In this document: positions 49,000 through 59,281 of the stretch, piece after piece
Layout: each line of letters opens with the position of its first letter
Numbering within the stretch: position 1 is the stretch's first letter
NCBI GenBank assembly: GCA_044342325.1
Contig: JBIIPZ010000012.1
Span: 1 to 64,000 of the forward strand
Direction of reading: 5' to 3'
Source: Terrimicrobiaceae bacterium
GTDB taxonomy: Bacteria > Verrucomicrobiota > Verrucomicrobiia > Chthoniobacterales > Terrimicrobiaceae
Length of the DNA: 64,000 bases
Position numbers and translations under genes: made by a program
Notes under the pieces: model-generated
The model's input: only the letters and a program-made list of their open reading frames with translations
The model's database searches: none
What the model was told of the DNA's origin: nothing

Positions 49000-51900
49000 T
49001 TAAAAATCGATCTTGGTCATCAAATCTGAAAGCGATGCGGTAGACGCAGTTTGAATTGTATCCTCAAAAATCGCATTTGTCTTAAGTCGATCGTTGAAGT
49101 TTGAACCATCACTGAAGAGTGCTCCATCCATTTTCCAGAAACTGCCCCAACCGAGCATAACATCCGACTTTTCACCTGTAAGGACAAGCGTGCCGGGTTC
49201 AGCAGGGGTGGAGGGTTCGGTGACAAAATCGAGTGCAGCGGTGTTCAATGTAATTCCGCCTGCTAATTTGATTTGAGCCACGAGATCCGGAGCGCCCGTT
49301 TTTGATCCATAAGTGCCGGCTTTGTAAATACCGAAGTTTGTGGCATCTGGAAGCGATGCCCCTGTCAGCGGGCGCACATTATCTATTTTGTAACCAGTTG
49401 GTGCAACGCCAATCCAGTATTGATCTGCGGCATTCGCGAGAGACAAAAAGTCTTGGTTTGGGGTGAAATCCGCGATCACAACAAAGTCTGCATCGGTGTA
49501 TTCGGATGTGGTGATATCCCATTCGGAATTTCCAACATTGTCTCCATCTTTATAATCCGTGATAGCGGGTGCCCATTTGTTATTGGAGGCCCCAGTATAG
49601 CCTGAAATGACAAACAAGTCGCTACCCAAGCCACCAGTAAGGGTATCAAATCCTCCAACATTTTCTTTCCCTCCTACTCCACCGCCATCAATAATATTGT
49701 CGAATTCATTGCCAATGATAAGGTTTGATCCAATTTCAGAAAACCAATCAGCATGGTCGTTTCCAGTGGAATTACTATTTCCCGTGGCATTGCGTGCTGT
49801 TGGCGCCCCCATCTGGAGCACCAGATTGGAAATATCTTCGGTAATGGTGTAACCGTGCATTTCCAAAACGGCATCCTCTAGATGGCCGCCCCACCAGAGG
49901 TAATCCGAGTCGGTAAAGGTGATGGTGTCGTTGCCGCCATTACCGATGACCACATCGCCAAAATTAATGTTTTTAGCGAATTTCCCACCAGATCCCTGGC
50001 TGACTATGAACATATCACCGCCACCACCACCACTGACTGTGTCAAGATCATCTCCCGGTCCAGAACCCACAAGGGAATCGGCTCCTGCTCCGCCATCCAA
50101 GGTTATACCTGCAACCTCGGCTATCAAGGTATCCCGATTACGGTTGGGATCATACACATCGCCGTATTCGTAGAAGCCGGGGACAAACCAAAACTGGCTG
50201 GGATCTGCAGCCCCAGGGCCATTCAGACCGGCCGGTATCGGATCTGTATCCCGGAAGATGCTATTTTTAAACCCATTGCCGCCATCTGCGACGGAGGCGA
50301 AATCCCGAATCGCCAACCCGACTTGATCCAACCGATAGGCGGTTCCGCCAATGAGGACATCCCCTTTGCTGGCACCTACTATGCTATCGCGGCCGGTGTT
50401 TCCGACCAAAGTGTTATTGTTTTGTCCAGAGAGAGGCTTGGCATCGTAAATATAATTGTCGAGCCTGTTGCCCATCCCGAATTGGCCAGAAAAGGCCAGG
50501 GCGAGTTGGTCGATGAATTTGCCTTGGTGAACCAGAGTGTCACTGAGCGTGAGGTATTCTACACCGGAGACGATGAGATTATGCTGGCCTCCGTTTAGGG
50601 AGGAGCCGACATTGCCGGTCTGGGTTACTACTGGCGTCTCGTTGCCGTATTTGACGACCCAGTCGAACTCGTCACCGATCGCATTACCTCCATTCATGAC
50701 GACAAAGGTATCGCTACCCTGACCGCCGACGAGAGTATTCAGACCCTTGAATGTCACGCCTTGGAAGACATAATCCTCTCCGCTGAGGTCCTTCACGAAC
50801 TCACCCATAAGCAAGTCGTTTCCAAAGCCGCCATCAAGGTAGGAGGCAAAACGACTCGGCATGCCGAATTGGGGATCGTAAGGCGCGGAATTAAAGATTA
50901 AGCCTAGGGGCATCGGGTAGTTGGGATTGTTTTGGAGCAGAGGATCGGTTAAATAATCCCCCCACTCCTTCATAATATCAAACCCTTGGGCACCGGGTAA
51001 CCCGCGAGTGAGCCGTGTCCCGAACACAGCATCGTTCCCGGCTCCGCCTTGGAGCGTGACATGCTGGGCAGCAGAGCGGTCTTGGAGGGCCGGGATCGTG
51101 CGCTCGATGGCAGTGACTTTGAAGTCGTAAGTGCCTTCATCCAGATTAGTAACAGTGAGAATCGGGTTGGTCCGCGAACCTTGGAAGTCTTGGGATTTTC
51201 CATTGACATAGGTGTGCCAGATGTCGTCATTGCCATCGGCATCAACGAACGGAGTGGCGCCATCTGTCGTGAGGCGCTTGTATTTCACGACATAGCCGAC
51301 CACATCTGTTTCGGCATTGACGCCGGAAGTCCACGACAACTCGTATTGGAATTTGCCTAGGTTGGCGAGATCTGCTTCTTGCGGGCCTTTGATCAAATCT
51401 CCATCGATAAACACCTCGCCCTCGCGCGGGGCATACATCAACTCGAGCGTGTTGGCATCTGTGACGGAGAGCGAAATATTACCCATTTTGAGGGCTTCAG
51501 AACGGTTGTTGCCGTTTTTGGTGCCAAGGAACGATACAAAGCTGGCGACCTCGGTCTGACCGGAGTCTGCCTGGTTGGCGACGACAAGCATGAGCTTGCT
51601 GATGCCATCTGGCGCTTGGTTGATATTAACACTGCTAATGAGCTCATTGGCACCACCGCCAGCAACGATGTAGTCATCCACATTGTCTTGAATGAAAGTA
51701 TCATTTCCATCCCCGCCGATCATGGTGTCGAAGCCGCGGCCACCATCGAGGTAGTTATTACCCGAGCCGCCATCAAGGTAGTCACTACCACCCGAGCCAA
51801 TAACGCCGTTTAAGAAGGCTTGGGTGCGAGTATCTTGAGGTGCGGATGCGTAGAGGTCAGGCGAAGCATAAAAGTCTGGCGTGTCTCCGTAGAGAGTATC

Positions 51901-54900
51901 ATCTCCACCCGAGCCTAAAAGGGTATCCTCGCCACCCATGCCCAGTAGGAGCGCGGACGAATTGCCTGCAATAAGAGAATTCCCCAAGGCATTGCCAACG
52001 CCATAAACCGCCTCGCCAAGCAGCTCGAAGTGTTCGAGATTGTAAAAAGATGTGATATCTCGAGATGCGAAGGAAGGCGCCTTGGTCGTGGAGGGCGAGT
52101 TGTCGGGTTGGTTGGGTTGGAATTGCTCCAACTCGCTGCCTTGGATCGGGTCGAAGTTGAAGTAGGTGCGCACGAGATCCGTGCCGCCATCCAATCCAGC
52201 GATTTCATTGATCACGCGGTCATTGCGGTCGTTCACGATATAGGTGTCGGATCCAAGACCGCCATCCATCGTATTTTGACCACTTCCTCCATCGAGCAAA
52301 TCACCACCGTCCCCGCCGATAAGATAGTCGTTGCCACCCTGGCCGAGCAGAGAATCATCGCCCAAAGCCCCGACCAACAGGTTACTGCCAAAATTTCCAA
52401 TGAGGCTATTTCCATCTGCATTGCCGAGAACATAAAGATTCGCGGACCCCATAAGGCTGGCGTGCTCGACATTGGCATAAACATTGCCGAGATCGATATC
52501 GAAGCCTGCGCCTGTAACAGAACTGAGAGATGAACTGGCAAGATCGAAAAGGCGGTTCGTCAAGTCTGAGGAAAAAATGCGCCCAGGAGTAAGATTAAAA
52601 ATCGCGAGATCATCGAGCCCCCCATTATCTGACTCAACAATCACATCGGAAGACGAATCGACATAGTAAATGTCGTCGCCACCACCACCTATCATGGAAT
52701 CTGCTCCTTTACCACCATCCAAAACATCTGCACCGCCAGCCCCTATGAGGGTATCCCGGCCGGTGAGAGTATCTTGGTCAATAGACCCCGGAATGCCATT
52801 TGTCCCTCCCAGAAGGTTGTCCCCCAGAATATTGCCGACACTATCTCGACCACCACCAGCAACGAGATAATCGTTTCCAAGCCCACCCACCAGTGTGTTG
52901 GAGGCATTATCGGCAATCACAGTGCCATAGAGTGGAGCCTGAGGGTTTGATGGCGTTGAGAGACTAAGTTCATAAGTCCCAGTTGAAGGCCCTCCTACTC
53001 TGACGGGTATATAGAATTCTCCTGAATCAAATGGCGTGAATTTATAGGCCACTTCAAACTTGCCGTCATCATAACCATCATAGTTGGAGCTCCACCATAC
53101 TACTCCCAGAGGATCATTACCATAAGGTGCGGTGAGATACTCACTCGCGCCGTAAGCAGAATCACCCAGCGAGGTGACTGGGTCAGAAAGAGAAATCCAG
53201 CTATTTTCTTTAAAAATCTCATTACCGCTGAGGGTAGCCTTAAGCTTTATTTCATAGGTTTCGCCTTGAATAAAGTTGACTCGAATCCAATCTTCATCTC
53301 GTCGAAAATCGAATGTTCCCGTAAAGACTTGCCCGTTAGATATCTCTATCGCCGTGGAGGCATCGTCTGGCAAGTCAGCTTGAGGTTGTCCTCCACCAAC
53401 AAGAGTGTCGTCACCAGCGTCACCAGAGATGTTATCTGCTCCAAGACCACCATAGACTGTATCGTTGCCGAGCCCAGCAGAAATTTGATTGTCACCATCG
53501 CTGCCAGTGATCTGATTAGCAATTGAACTACCTTTACCGGAAGTATTTCCATTTCCAATTAAGAAGAGGTTTTCAATGTTAGAAGTTACCCTATCCAAGG
53601 AAAATGAAACTGTGCTTGCGACCGTGTCTTTGTCTCCTAGTTGGGTTCCTGTTTCGATAATCGTGTAGGCCGTTTGGGAGTTTACCACATACCAATCACT
53701 GCCGTTACCGCCGACTAAAGTATCACTTCCTCCACCAACTCGAAGAGCAACTCCCAATGCACCGATCGGAGTGGTTGTCCACTGGTTTACGAGAAGCGTG
53801 TCATTGCCAGAACCACCAAACAAGCTATCGCTGGTGCTTCCGCCGAAGATGTAGTCATCACCACCACCTCCATCAATGGTGTTCCGAAAGAGGAATCCCC
53901 CATAGATAGCGTTGTTTATCGAGTTTCCAGTAAGTTTGGAGGATGAGCCACCTGTATAGACCAAATCTTCAACGTTGTCGAAAGCCGCAATACTGTAAGT
54001 TGAAAGCGCGGTTGACACTGTATCTTCGCCACCGTTGGCCCCCGAGCCCTCAAGAACAAAAGCAGAGGAACTTTGGGCATAAAAGACATCGTCTCCATCT
54101 CCTCCAACAAGTGTATCAGCGGCACCGCCAAAAATACTATCTGCTTCGGCGCCGCCTGTGAGCACATTTGCCAATCCATTACCTGTGAGTGTCGCGGATC
54201 CAATTCCTGTAAAAGTCAAGTTCTCGACATTCTCCGCAGCAAAGTCCAAGAGGGATGACACATTGAGAATCGTTTCGATGGTATCCGAGCCTTGATTTGG
54301 AGACTCGATGACAACATCCAATGCATCACGGAGCACATAAGTATCATTGCCCACACCGCCGATGAGGGTGTCGCTGACTAAGTCTAGGCCGCCGTCGAGT
54401 TTGTTATTTCCCGAATTGCCAGAGATGACATTGGCTTTGAGATTGCCTGTGCCGTTGATGTTGGCACTGCCCGTGAGAACGAGGTTCTCAATCGTAGAGT
54501 GGCTAGCGAGGGAGAAGGTGACGGAGGATTCAACTGTATCGGTGCCATCGTTTGGGTCTTCGATGCGCACATCTTGGCTGATGACGGCGAAGGTATCGTT
54601 GCCGCGCGAACCAATGAGCCGGTCGCCAGCGGCTTTCTGCGGGATTCTGGCGCCATCTTGGGTGGCGTAGATGATGTTTTCCTGGAGCTTCGGGTTGCTG
54701 CTTGAGCCACCCACCTCAGCGTAGCCGGGGCCACCGCCGCTGTTGGAGGCACCTCCTTTGCTACTACCGCGTTTTTTGCGTCCGGACCTACTGGAGGATT
54801 TACCGGATTTGCTGGAACCGCGTGATTTGCGGGCGGCCTCGACGAGGAGTTGCCGTCCTTGAAGGTAAAGCGGGGCGAGCGAGTCATCGCTCGAAGCGTC

Positions 54901-55314
54901 ACATAGCGGGAGACCGAGAACAGCGGCGGCAAAGAGGGCGCCTTCCTCACCTGGTGTTTCTTCGGAGCAAAGTTCTTGATCGAGGAAGTGGCCAATCTCT
55001 TCGATGAGGACACCGGAGAGGAGTTCAGTAGGGCAGTCAGCGGAGAGGTAAATCTCGCGGGTGTCGCGGCTGTAGCCGCCCCAGAGACCGGGCATATCGG
55101 CTGCGGGAAGTGTGTGGATAGCAGGAAGGAAGGAAAAGTCGGCCCGACGGAAGGCAGCGAGATGCTTGAAGGCGGACGCCCAGTTCAAGCGAGAGCCGAA
55201 GATGCTTTCCAGATCAGCTTCGGCAGAGAGACTGGAGGCCCAAAGAGAAAGGGGCTGCAGGAGATTTTTCAGAGTGGAAGGGACAATACCCTTGGGGAAT
55301 TCGGGTGCGGACAT
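49000..55314 (-). CDS. Large RTX calcium-binding protein (2104 aa), probable type I secretion substrate
   Basis: Many GGxGxDxL nonapeptides; PPC-like (DEDWIRV...YEI) and FN3-like (LSW...GYVVKY...YDFKVTA) segments; N-terminal EEIGH domain; no signal peptide. Confidence 0.93.
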   Translation of the reverse strand: MSAPEFPKGIVPSTLKNLLQPLSLWASSLSAEADLESIFGSRLNWASAFKHLAAFRRADFSFLPAIHTLPAADMPGLWGGYSRDTREIYLSADCPTELLSGVLIEEIGHFLDQELCSEETPGEEGALFAAAVLGLPLCDASSDDSLAPLYLQGRQLLVEAARKSRGSSKSGKSSSRSGRKKRGSSKGGASNSGGGPGYAEVGGSSSNPKLQENIIYATQDGARIPQKAAGDRLIGSRGNDTFAVISQDVRIEDPNDGTDTVESSVTFSLASHSTIENLVLTGSANINGTGNLKANVISGNSGNNKLDGGLDLVSDTLIGGVGNDTYVLRDALDVVIESPNQGSDTIETILNVSSLLDFAAENVENLTFTGIGSATLTGNGLANVLTGGAEADSIFGGAADTLVGGDGDDVFYAQSSSAFVLEGSGANGGEDTVSTALSTYSIAAFDNVEDLVYTGGSSSKLTGNSINNAIYGGFLFRNTIDGGGGDDYIFGGSTSDSLFGGSGNDTLLVNQWTTTPIGALGVALRVGGGSDTLVGGNGSDWYVVNSQTAYTIIETGTQLGDKDTVASTVSFSLDRVTSNIENLFLIGNGNTSGKGSSIANQITGSDGDNQISAGLGNDTVYGGLGADNISGDAGDDTLVGGGQPQADLPDDASTAIEISNGQVFTGTFDFRRDEDWIRVNFIQGETYEIKLKATLSGNEIFKENSWISLSDPVTSLGDSAYGASEYLTAPYGNDPLGVVWWSSNYDGYDDGKFEVAYKFTPFDSGEFYIPVRVGGPSTGTYELSLSTPSNPQAPLYGTVIADNASNTLVGGLGNDYLVAGGGRDSVGNILGDNLLGGTNGIPGSIDQDTLTGRDTLIGAGGADVLDGGKGADSMIGGGGDDIYYVDSSSDVIVESDNGGLDDLAIFNLTPGRIFSSDLTNRLFDLASSSLSSVTGAGFDIDLGNVYANVEHASLMGSANLYVLGNADGNSLIGNFGSNLLVGALGDDSLLGQGGNDYLIGGDGGDLLDGGSGQNTMDGGLGSDTYIVNDRNDRVINEIAGLDGGTDLVRTYFNFDPIQGSELEQFQPNQPDNSPSTTKAPSFASRDITSFYNLEHFELLGEAVYGVGNALGNSLIAGNSSALLLGMGGEDTLLGSGGDDTLYGDTPDFYASPDLYASAPQDTRTQAFLNGVIGSGGSDYLDGGSGNNYLDGGRGFDTMIGGDGNDTFIQDNVDDYIVAGGGANELISSVNINQAPDGISKLMLVVANQADSGQTEVASFVSFLGTKNGNNRSEALKMGNISLSVTDANTLELMYAPREGEVFIDGDLIKGPQEADLANLGKFQYELSWTSGVNAETDVVGYVVKYKRLTTDGATPFVDADGNDDIWHTYVNGKSQDFQGSRTNPILTVTNLDEGTYDFKVTAIERTIPALQDRSAAQHVTLQGGAGNDAVFGTRLTRGLPGAQGFDIMKEWGDYLTDPLLQNNPNYPMPLGLIFNSAPYDPQFGMPSRFASYLDGGFGNDLLMGEFVKDLSGEDYVFQGVTFKGLNTLVGGQGSDTFVVMNGGNAIGDEFDWVVKYGNETPVVTQTGNVGSSLNGGQHNLIVSGVEYLTLSDTLVHQGKFIDQLALAFSGQFGMGNRLDNYIYDAKPLSGQNNNTLVGNTGRDSIVGASKGDVLIGGTAYRLDQVGLAIRDFASVADGGNGFKNSIFRDTDPIPAGLNGPGAADPSQFWFVPGFYEYGDVYDPNRNRDTLIAEVAGITLDGGAGADSLVGSGPGDDLDTVSGGGGGDMFIVSQGSGGKFAKNINFGDVVIGNGGNDTITFTDSDYLWWGGHLEDAVLEMHGYTITEDISNLVLQMGAPTARNATGNSNSTGNDHADWFSEIGSNLIIGNEFDNIIDGGGVGGKENVGGFDTLTGGLGSDLFVISGYTGASNNKWAPAITDYKDGDNVGNSEWDITTSEYTDADFVVIADFTPNQDFLSLANAADQYWIGVAPTGYKIDNVRPLTGASLPDATNFGIYKAGTYGSKTGAPDLVAQIKLAGGITLNTAALDFVTEPSTPAEPGTLVLTGEKSDVMLGWGSFWKMDGALFSDGSNFNDRLKTNAIFEDTIQTASTASLSDLMTKIDF

Positions 55315-55450
55315 GATGCGTTAGATTCTTATATCGAAAAAATGTTCAAAAAGGAAAGGAGGAAATCGGATTTTTTGGGTAAAATGATGGGCGGCAAAAT
55401 GAGTGAAACAGATGCTTCAGAGCAGCCCTCGTGCCAAGCGCAGTGACGCC

Positions 55451-55572
55451 TGTAGCGGCGACTCAGTGAGCGCCGAAGGGATGGGTAGAATCATTGATGG
55501 CAGAATGATTTTTTGGGGCCTGTAGCGGCTGTCTGTGACTGCCGTCTGGTATCGGCGTCTCTATGAGCGCCG
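55451..55572 (+). repeat. Degenerate REP copies mixed with periodic repeats
   Basis: TGTAGCGGCGACTCAGTGAGCGCCG, TGTAGCGGCTGTCTGTGACTGCCG and CGGCGTCTCTATGAGCGCCG. Confidence 0.8.
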
Positions 55573-55832
55573 AGAGTTTGACAGAATCATTGATGACAGA
55601 ATGATTTTTTTGGCGATAGCAGGTGGTTTGGGAATTTTCCAAATTCTGTTAATTCTGTCCAAAAAAGCACCACGCGGTTGGGCAGAGCGAGAGGCTCTCA
55701 CGGAGGCGCGGAGACACGGAGGGGTTAGATATGTAAACCACGAATTTTTCGAATGAACACGAATAATATCGGCAATGAAATCCTCCGCCGAGGCCGCACA
55801 CAATTTGTGCAAAGTATTTTCCAAGAGCAATA

Positions 55833-56072
55833 TTATGGATTCACGAGCTCCTCGGCCGACAAGCTCCAATCCTTGGAGATGTGGAATTTTACTTTGCCGG
55901 CAAGCGTGCCGAGTTTCCGCTTCCCAGCTGGACGCGGAGGAGGAGAAAACAAAGCAACCGGTTTTCTGCTTCGCCCATAGGTGATGCAAACAGATCCACC
56001 ACGGGAGACGACCTCCAAAGCTTCCGAAAAGCGTGATTTAAATTCCCCCACAGGAAGCTGAAGAGTTTCCAT
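55833..56072 (-). CDS. Phd/YefM family antitoxin (no adjacent toxin)
   Basis: VGEFKSRFSE.L..V..G..V.IT...KPVA and R.LG.L.GK motifs. Confidence 0.85.
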   Translation of the reverse strand: METLQLPVGEFKSRFSEALEVVSRGGSVCITYGRSRKPVALFSPPPRPAGKRKLGTLAGKVKFHISKDWSLSAEELVNP

Positions 56073-56270
56073 ATCCGGAACCAAAGCCTCTGTCGGAAAA
56101 CTTGTCAAGTTGTCATGATGCGAACGGCGCTCAAGGGGGCGATCAACTCGAGAATGATATCAATTACCCCTGAAATCCCGAACCTATAAGGGATTTGTAT
56201 TGCAACATCTTCTGCAATGATTTTGCCGTCCATGATTTTGCCAGAAAAAGCCGAGAGTCGAGAGCCTACG

Positions 56271-56340
56271 CCCGGCGGTCATAGACACGCCGCTACAGGA
56301 TGCACACAGCGAGCCCGGCGGTCATAGACACGCCGCTACA
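56271..56340 (-). repeat. Two direct REP copies
   Basis: CCCGGCGGTCATAGACACGCCGCTACA x2. Confidence 0.88.
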
Positions 56341-56358
56341 GGAGCCGGTCGGATGATT

Positions 56359-58239
56359 TTAACCGAAGAGGGAGCGGATTTTATTTCTTAAGAGATAGGT
56401 GGCGCAGAGAACAAAGAGGCCTGGGAGCGTCCACGGGAGGGGCTGTGGGAGAGGGATGTCGCCGACGCGGATGTTGAATTCGCTTCCATCCATGCGAGTC
56501 GTGTTGGACGTTTTAGCGATGATCCGGATTTTGTGGTAGCCGGGCGAGAGAGCCGGGATGCAGGCCTGCCAGCGTCCATCGGGAAGCTTTTGGATTTTGG
56601 CGGTGGAGTGGTCGAGGGGAGTCCACAGGGGCTGGAGGGATTGCCGAGGGAGGTCCTCTGGGGTCGGCAGGGTGCGATCGAAAGGATTTTTGTCGAAGAA
56701 GCCCTTTCGCTGCCGCTCTTCGCGTTGGATGATGAACTCGAGTGGCTCGGGACCTTCGTAGCTCCAAGAAACGATAGCAGCGGCGGTGCGGCGGCTTGGG
56801 AAAAAAGCAGCCCAATGAAGTTCCGGCTCGAGACGGTAGGAGAAGTCCCTCGGCATGCGCTTGCGGAGTGCTTCCTGCTCTTCCTTGGTGAGAACTTTGG
56901 GAGGCGTGGGGGATGGCGAGGCGCCGGGATTGGGCGCGGGGGATGGCGAGGGTGTAGGTGCGGCAGATGGCAACTGGACATCGGCTTGCCATGAGGCTCG
57001 AAGAGGGGGCAGGCCCGTGGTCTCTGCAACCAGCACGGCCTCAGCCAAGCCCGGCGTGTCGGGAAATTTCCAGGTAGCGTTGACCGTCAAACTTTCACCC
57101 GCAGCAATGGCAAGGTTGACAGGTTGACCTTGCGCGAGTGAAAGCTCGCCATCGCCAGCGGTCCGGATAACGGCTCTGGCTGGGCCGCTGCCGGTGTTGC
57201 GGAGATTTGCAGCCATTGAAACCGTGCGACCGGGGGTCGTGATACCGAGTTGGTTTTTCCCAACGATCTCCCACTCGAGACGCGATGGAGGTGGAGGCAA
57301 ATCGACGCGGATGTCGTGGTTGGCAGCTTCGTCACTGACTGTAACCAAGACACTCTTTTCGGCAAAGGGACGGGCGGGGAGCTTAAGCGCCAGCTCGCCG
57401 GAGGATTCAGGCGGGAGCGTGATGGAGTCGGGTGCTTCGAGCGGAGGCGGGCAATGAATGCTGATGGGGAGCGGCACGGCGGTGAGGTTTTTGATGGGAA
57501 TGCGCAGTTCCTTGGCACCAATGCACTGCTCGAAGGCGGCTTTATCCGGCGCTTCGAAACGGCTCTCGCCTAGCCCTTGGAGGGAAATTTCGGGAAATGG
57601 CTTGGTGCCGGATTCGAAGACAAGGCTACCGCGTTGTGTGTCGGTGGAGACCGGATCGAAGGTGACCAGGATTTTTTTGCTCTCGCCTTCTGCAAGCACA
57701 AGGTCGGCAGAGTCAGCGATCCTCCAAGGCTCGCCGACCTTAAATCGGCCTCGTAATTTGGCGCCGCCGGAGTTCTTGATGAGGATTGGCAGGGTGCGGG
57801 ATTCGCCGAGGAAAACAGAACCGAAGTCGAGTGATGCCATATCGGCTGCGAAGCGCGGTGGAGGTTCCTCGACGAGGATCGTGACCTTGGCATAGCCCCA
57901 GGCTTTTTGCGGACCGGATTTGCATTTGAAGCGGAAGGAATCCTGGGAGGAGTTTTTCTTCCCGTCGTGGGTGTAAAAGTAGGAAACCGAGGATTTGGAA
58001 TTTCGTTGCGGACCGGAGAGCGAGCCGGAGCGGGGTTGGGAGAGGATTTCAAACTTCACATCGTAGCCCTGCGGAGAGATCGCGCGGAGCGGCACTTCGC
58101 AGGTTCCTCCGCGAAGAACTTTCACGGTGACGTCGTAGACGACAGTGGGATCGACGGGCGGAATATCGTCTTTTTTTGGTGCTGCCGAAAGGAACAAAGG
58201 GAAAAAAAAGAGAAGGAGGCAAATAATCCAGAGGCTCAT
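56359..58239 (-). CDS. Exported multi-Ig-fold protein with Pro-rich linker and C-terminal membrane anchor
   Basis: Signal peptide at MSLWII (58239); DSFRF and LDFGSV...I.NSG Ig-like motifs; PTPSPSP linker; C-terminal TM segment with basic tail. Confidence 0.8.
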   Translation of the reverse strand: MSLWIICLLLFFFPLFLSAAPKKDDIPPVDPTVVYDVTVKVLRGGTCEVPLRAISPQGYDVKFEILSQPRSGSLSGPQRNSKSSVSYFYTHDGKKNSSQDSFRFKCKSGPQKAWGYAKVTILVEEPPPRFAADMASLDFGSVFLGESRTLPILIKNSGGAKLRGRFKVGEPWRIADSADLVLAEGESKKILVTFDPVSTDTQRGSLVFESGTKPFPEISLQGLGESRFEAPDKAAFEQCIGAKELRIPIKNLTAVPLPISIHCPPPLEAPDSITLPPESSGELALKLPARPFAEKSVLVTVSDEAANHDIRVDLPPPPSRLEWEIVGKNQLGITTPGRTVSMAANLRNTGSGPARAVIRTAGDGELSLAQGQPVNLAIAAGESLTVNATWKFPDTPGLAEAVLVAETTGLPPLRASWQADVQLPSAAPTPSPSPAPNPGASPSPTPPKVLTKEEQEALRKRMPRDFSYRLEPELHWAAFFPSRRTAAAIVSWSYEGPEPLEFIIQREERQRKGFFDKNPFDRTLPTPEDLPRQSLQPLWTPLDHSTAKIQKLPDGRWQACIPALSPGYHKIRIIAKTSNTTRMDGSEFNIRVGDIPLPQPLPWTLPGLFVLCATYLLRNKIRSLFG

Positions 58240-58244
58240 TGTCC

Positions 58245-58468
58245 TGTAGCGGCGCTCTGTGAGCGCCGGGCACGCTCGGCGGTCATAGACCGCCGCTACA
58301 ACCTGTAGCGGCGCTCTGTGAGCGCCGGGTTCGTTTTTCCTTCGGCGGTCATAGACCGCCGCTACAGAAAAACGGGCCATCGTCGTTGGACGGTCATAGA
58401 CCGCCCTGTAGCGACGCTCTGTGAGCGTCGGCTCGTTTTTCCTTCGGCGGTCATAGACCGCCGCTACA
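58245..58468. repeat. REP array downstream of the RAYT gene (~7 palindromes)
   Basis: Alternating TGTAGCGGCGCTCTGTGAGCGCCG and inverted CGGCGGTCATAGACCGCCGCTACA. Confidence 0.95.
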
Positions 58469-58478
58469 GGTTTCGTCT

Positions 58479-58937
58479 TCATTTGCGATACTCCAAATCG
58501 TGAATTTCGCCTGCGTAGGGCCACTCCTCGGGGATTGCGACCAATCCGGCGCGAACGGGATTCTCACGCACATAGTCCCACTTTTGCGAATAGGACTCAC
58601 CGCTGCGGAGCAGATGGTCAAAGAAACCCTTCTGCCAGTGCGGAGCATCACATCCAAGCGAGCGCAGAGTTTTCGACAGCGTGTTCTTCAGGGATTTTAC
58701 CCAGTTGGACAATGAGATTTCAACGACACTCACAAACAGGTGCAGGTGATCCGGCATGAGCACATAGCGCCCAATCCATGCGCCGTGCTGTGGCGAATTC
58801 AGACAAAATGTCCGAAACGCATCATGCACCGGCTCGCAATCAAGGATTGGTCGGCGGTTCAATGTGCAAGTAGTGATGAAATAAATTGGCGCGTCAACGA
58901 AGACATGATCCAAGCGGCGAAGCCGCGGTTTCTTTAG
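58479..58937 (-). mobile_element. REP-associated tyrosine transposase (RAYT, Y1 HUH family); start codon uncertain
   Basis: YFITTCT, YVLMPDHLH (HUH), WQKGFFDH..R, YVRENPVRAGL and W.Y motifs; flanked by REP arrays. Confidence 0.93.
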
Positions 58938-58946
58938 CGACTGCTC

Positions 58947-59259
58947 TGTAGCGGCGTCTCTATGAGCGCCGGTTTCGTTATCTATTCGGCGGTCGCAGAC
59001 GGCAGCTACAACCTGTAGCGGCTCTCTGTGAGCGCCGTGTTCGTTTTCCGTTCGGCGGTCACAGACCGCCGCTACAATGGGAGCGAATTCGTTTTCCTCC
59101 GGCGGTCGCAGACCGCCGCTACAACGGACTGGTTTGTGCTGCAGCGCCTCTGTGAGCGCCGGTGATTTTCGGCGGTCATAGACCGCCGCTACAGCCTGCA
59201 TATCGCCGCTACAAACGCCGGTTTCGTTTTCCGTTCGGCGGTCGCAGACCGCCGCTACA
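58947..59259. repeat. REP array upstream of the RAYT gene (~9 full or partial palindromes)
   Basis: Repeated TGTAGCGGC...GAGCGCCG and CGGCGGTCRYAGACCGCCGCTACA units. Confidence 0.95.
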
Positions 59260-59281
59260 GGGGGGGGCGATTTGTGAGTGC

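Noticed and set aside
55561..55832. VapC/PIN toxin downstream of the Phd antitoxin
   Set aside because: No start codon with an LLDT-type motif in any frame; the region is made of repeats.
58240..58524. N-terminal 95 aa of ORF 56359..58524
   Set aside because: Translation of REP palindromes; a clear signal peptide begins at ATG 58239.
58245..59259. REP arrays as a CRISPR array
   Set aside because: Repeats alternate in orientation, spacers are short and mutually similar, there are no cas genes, and the adjacent RAYT explains them.
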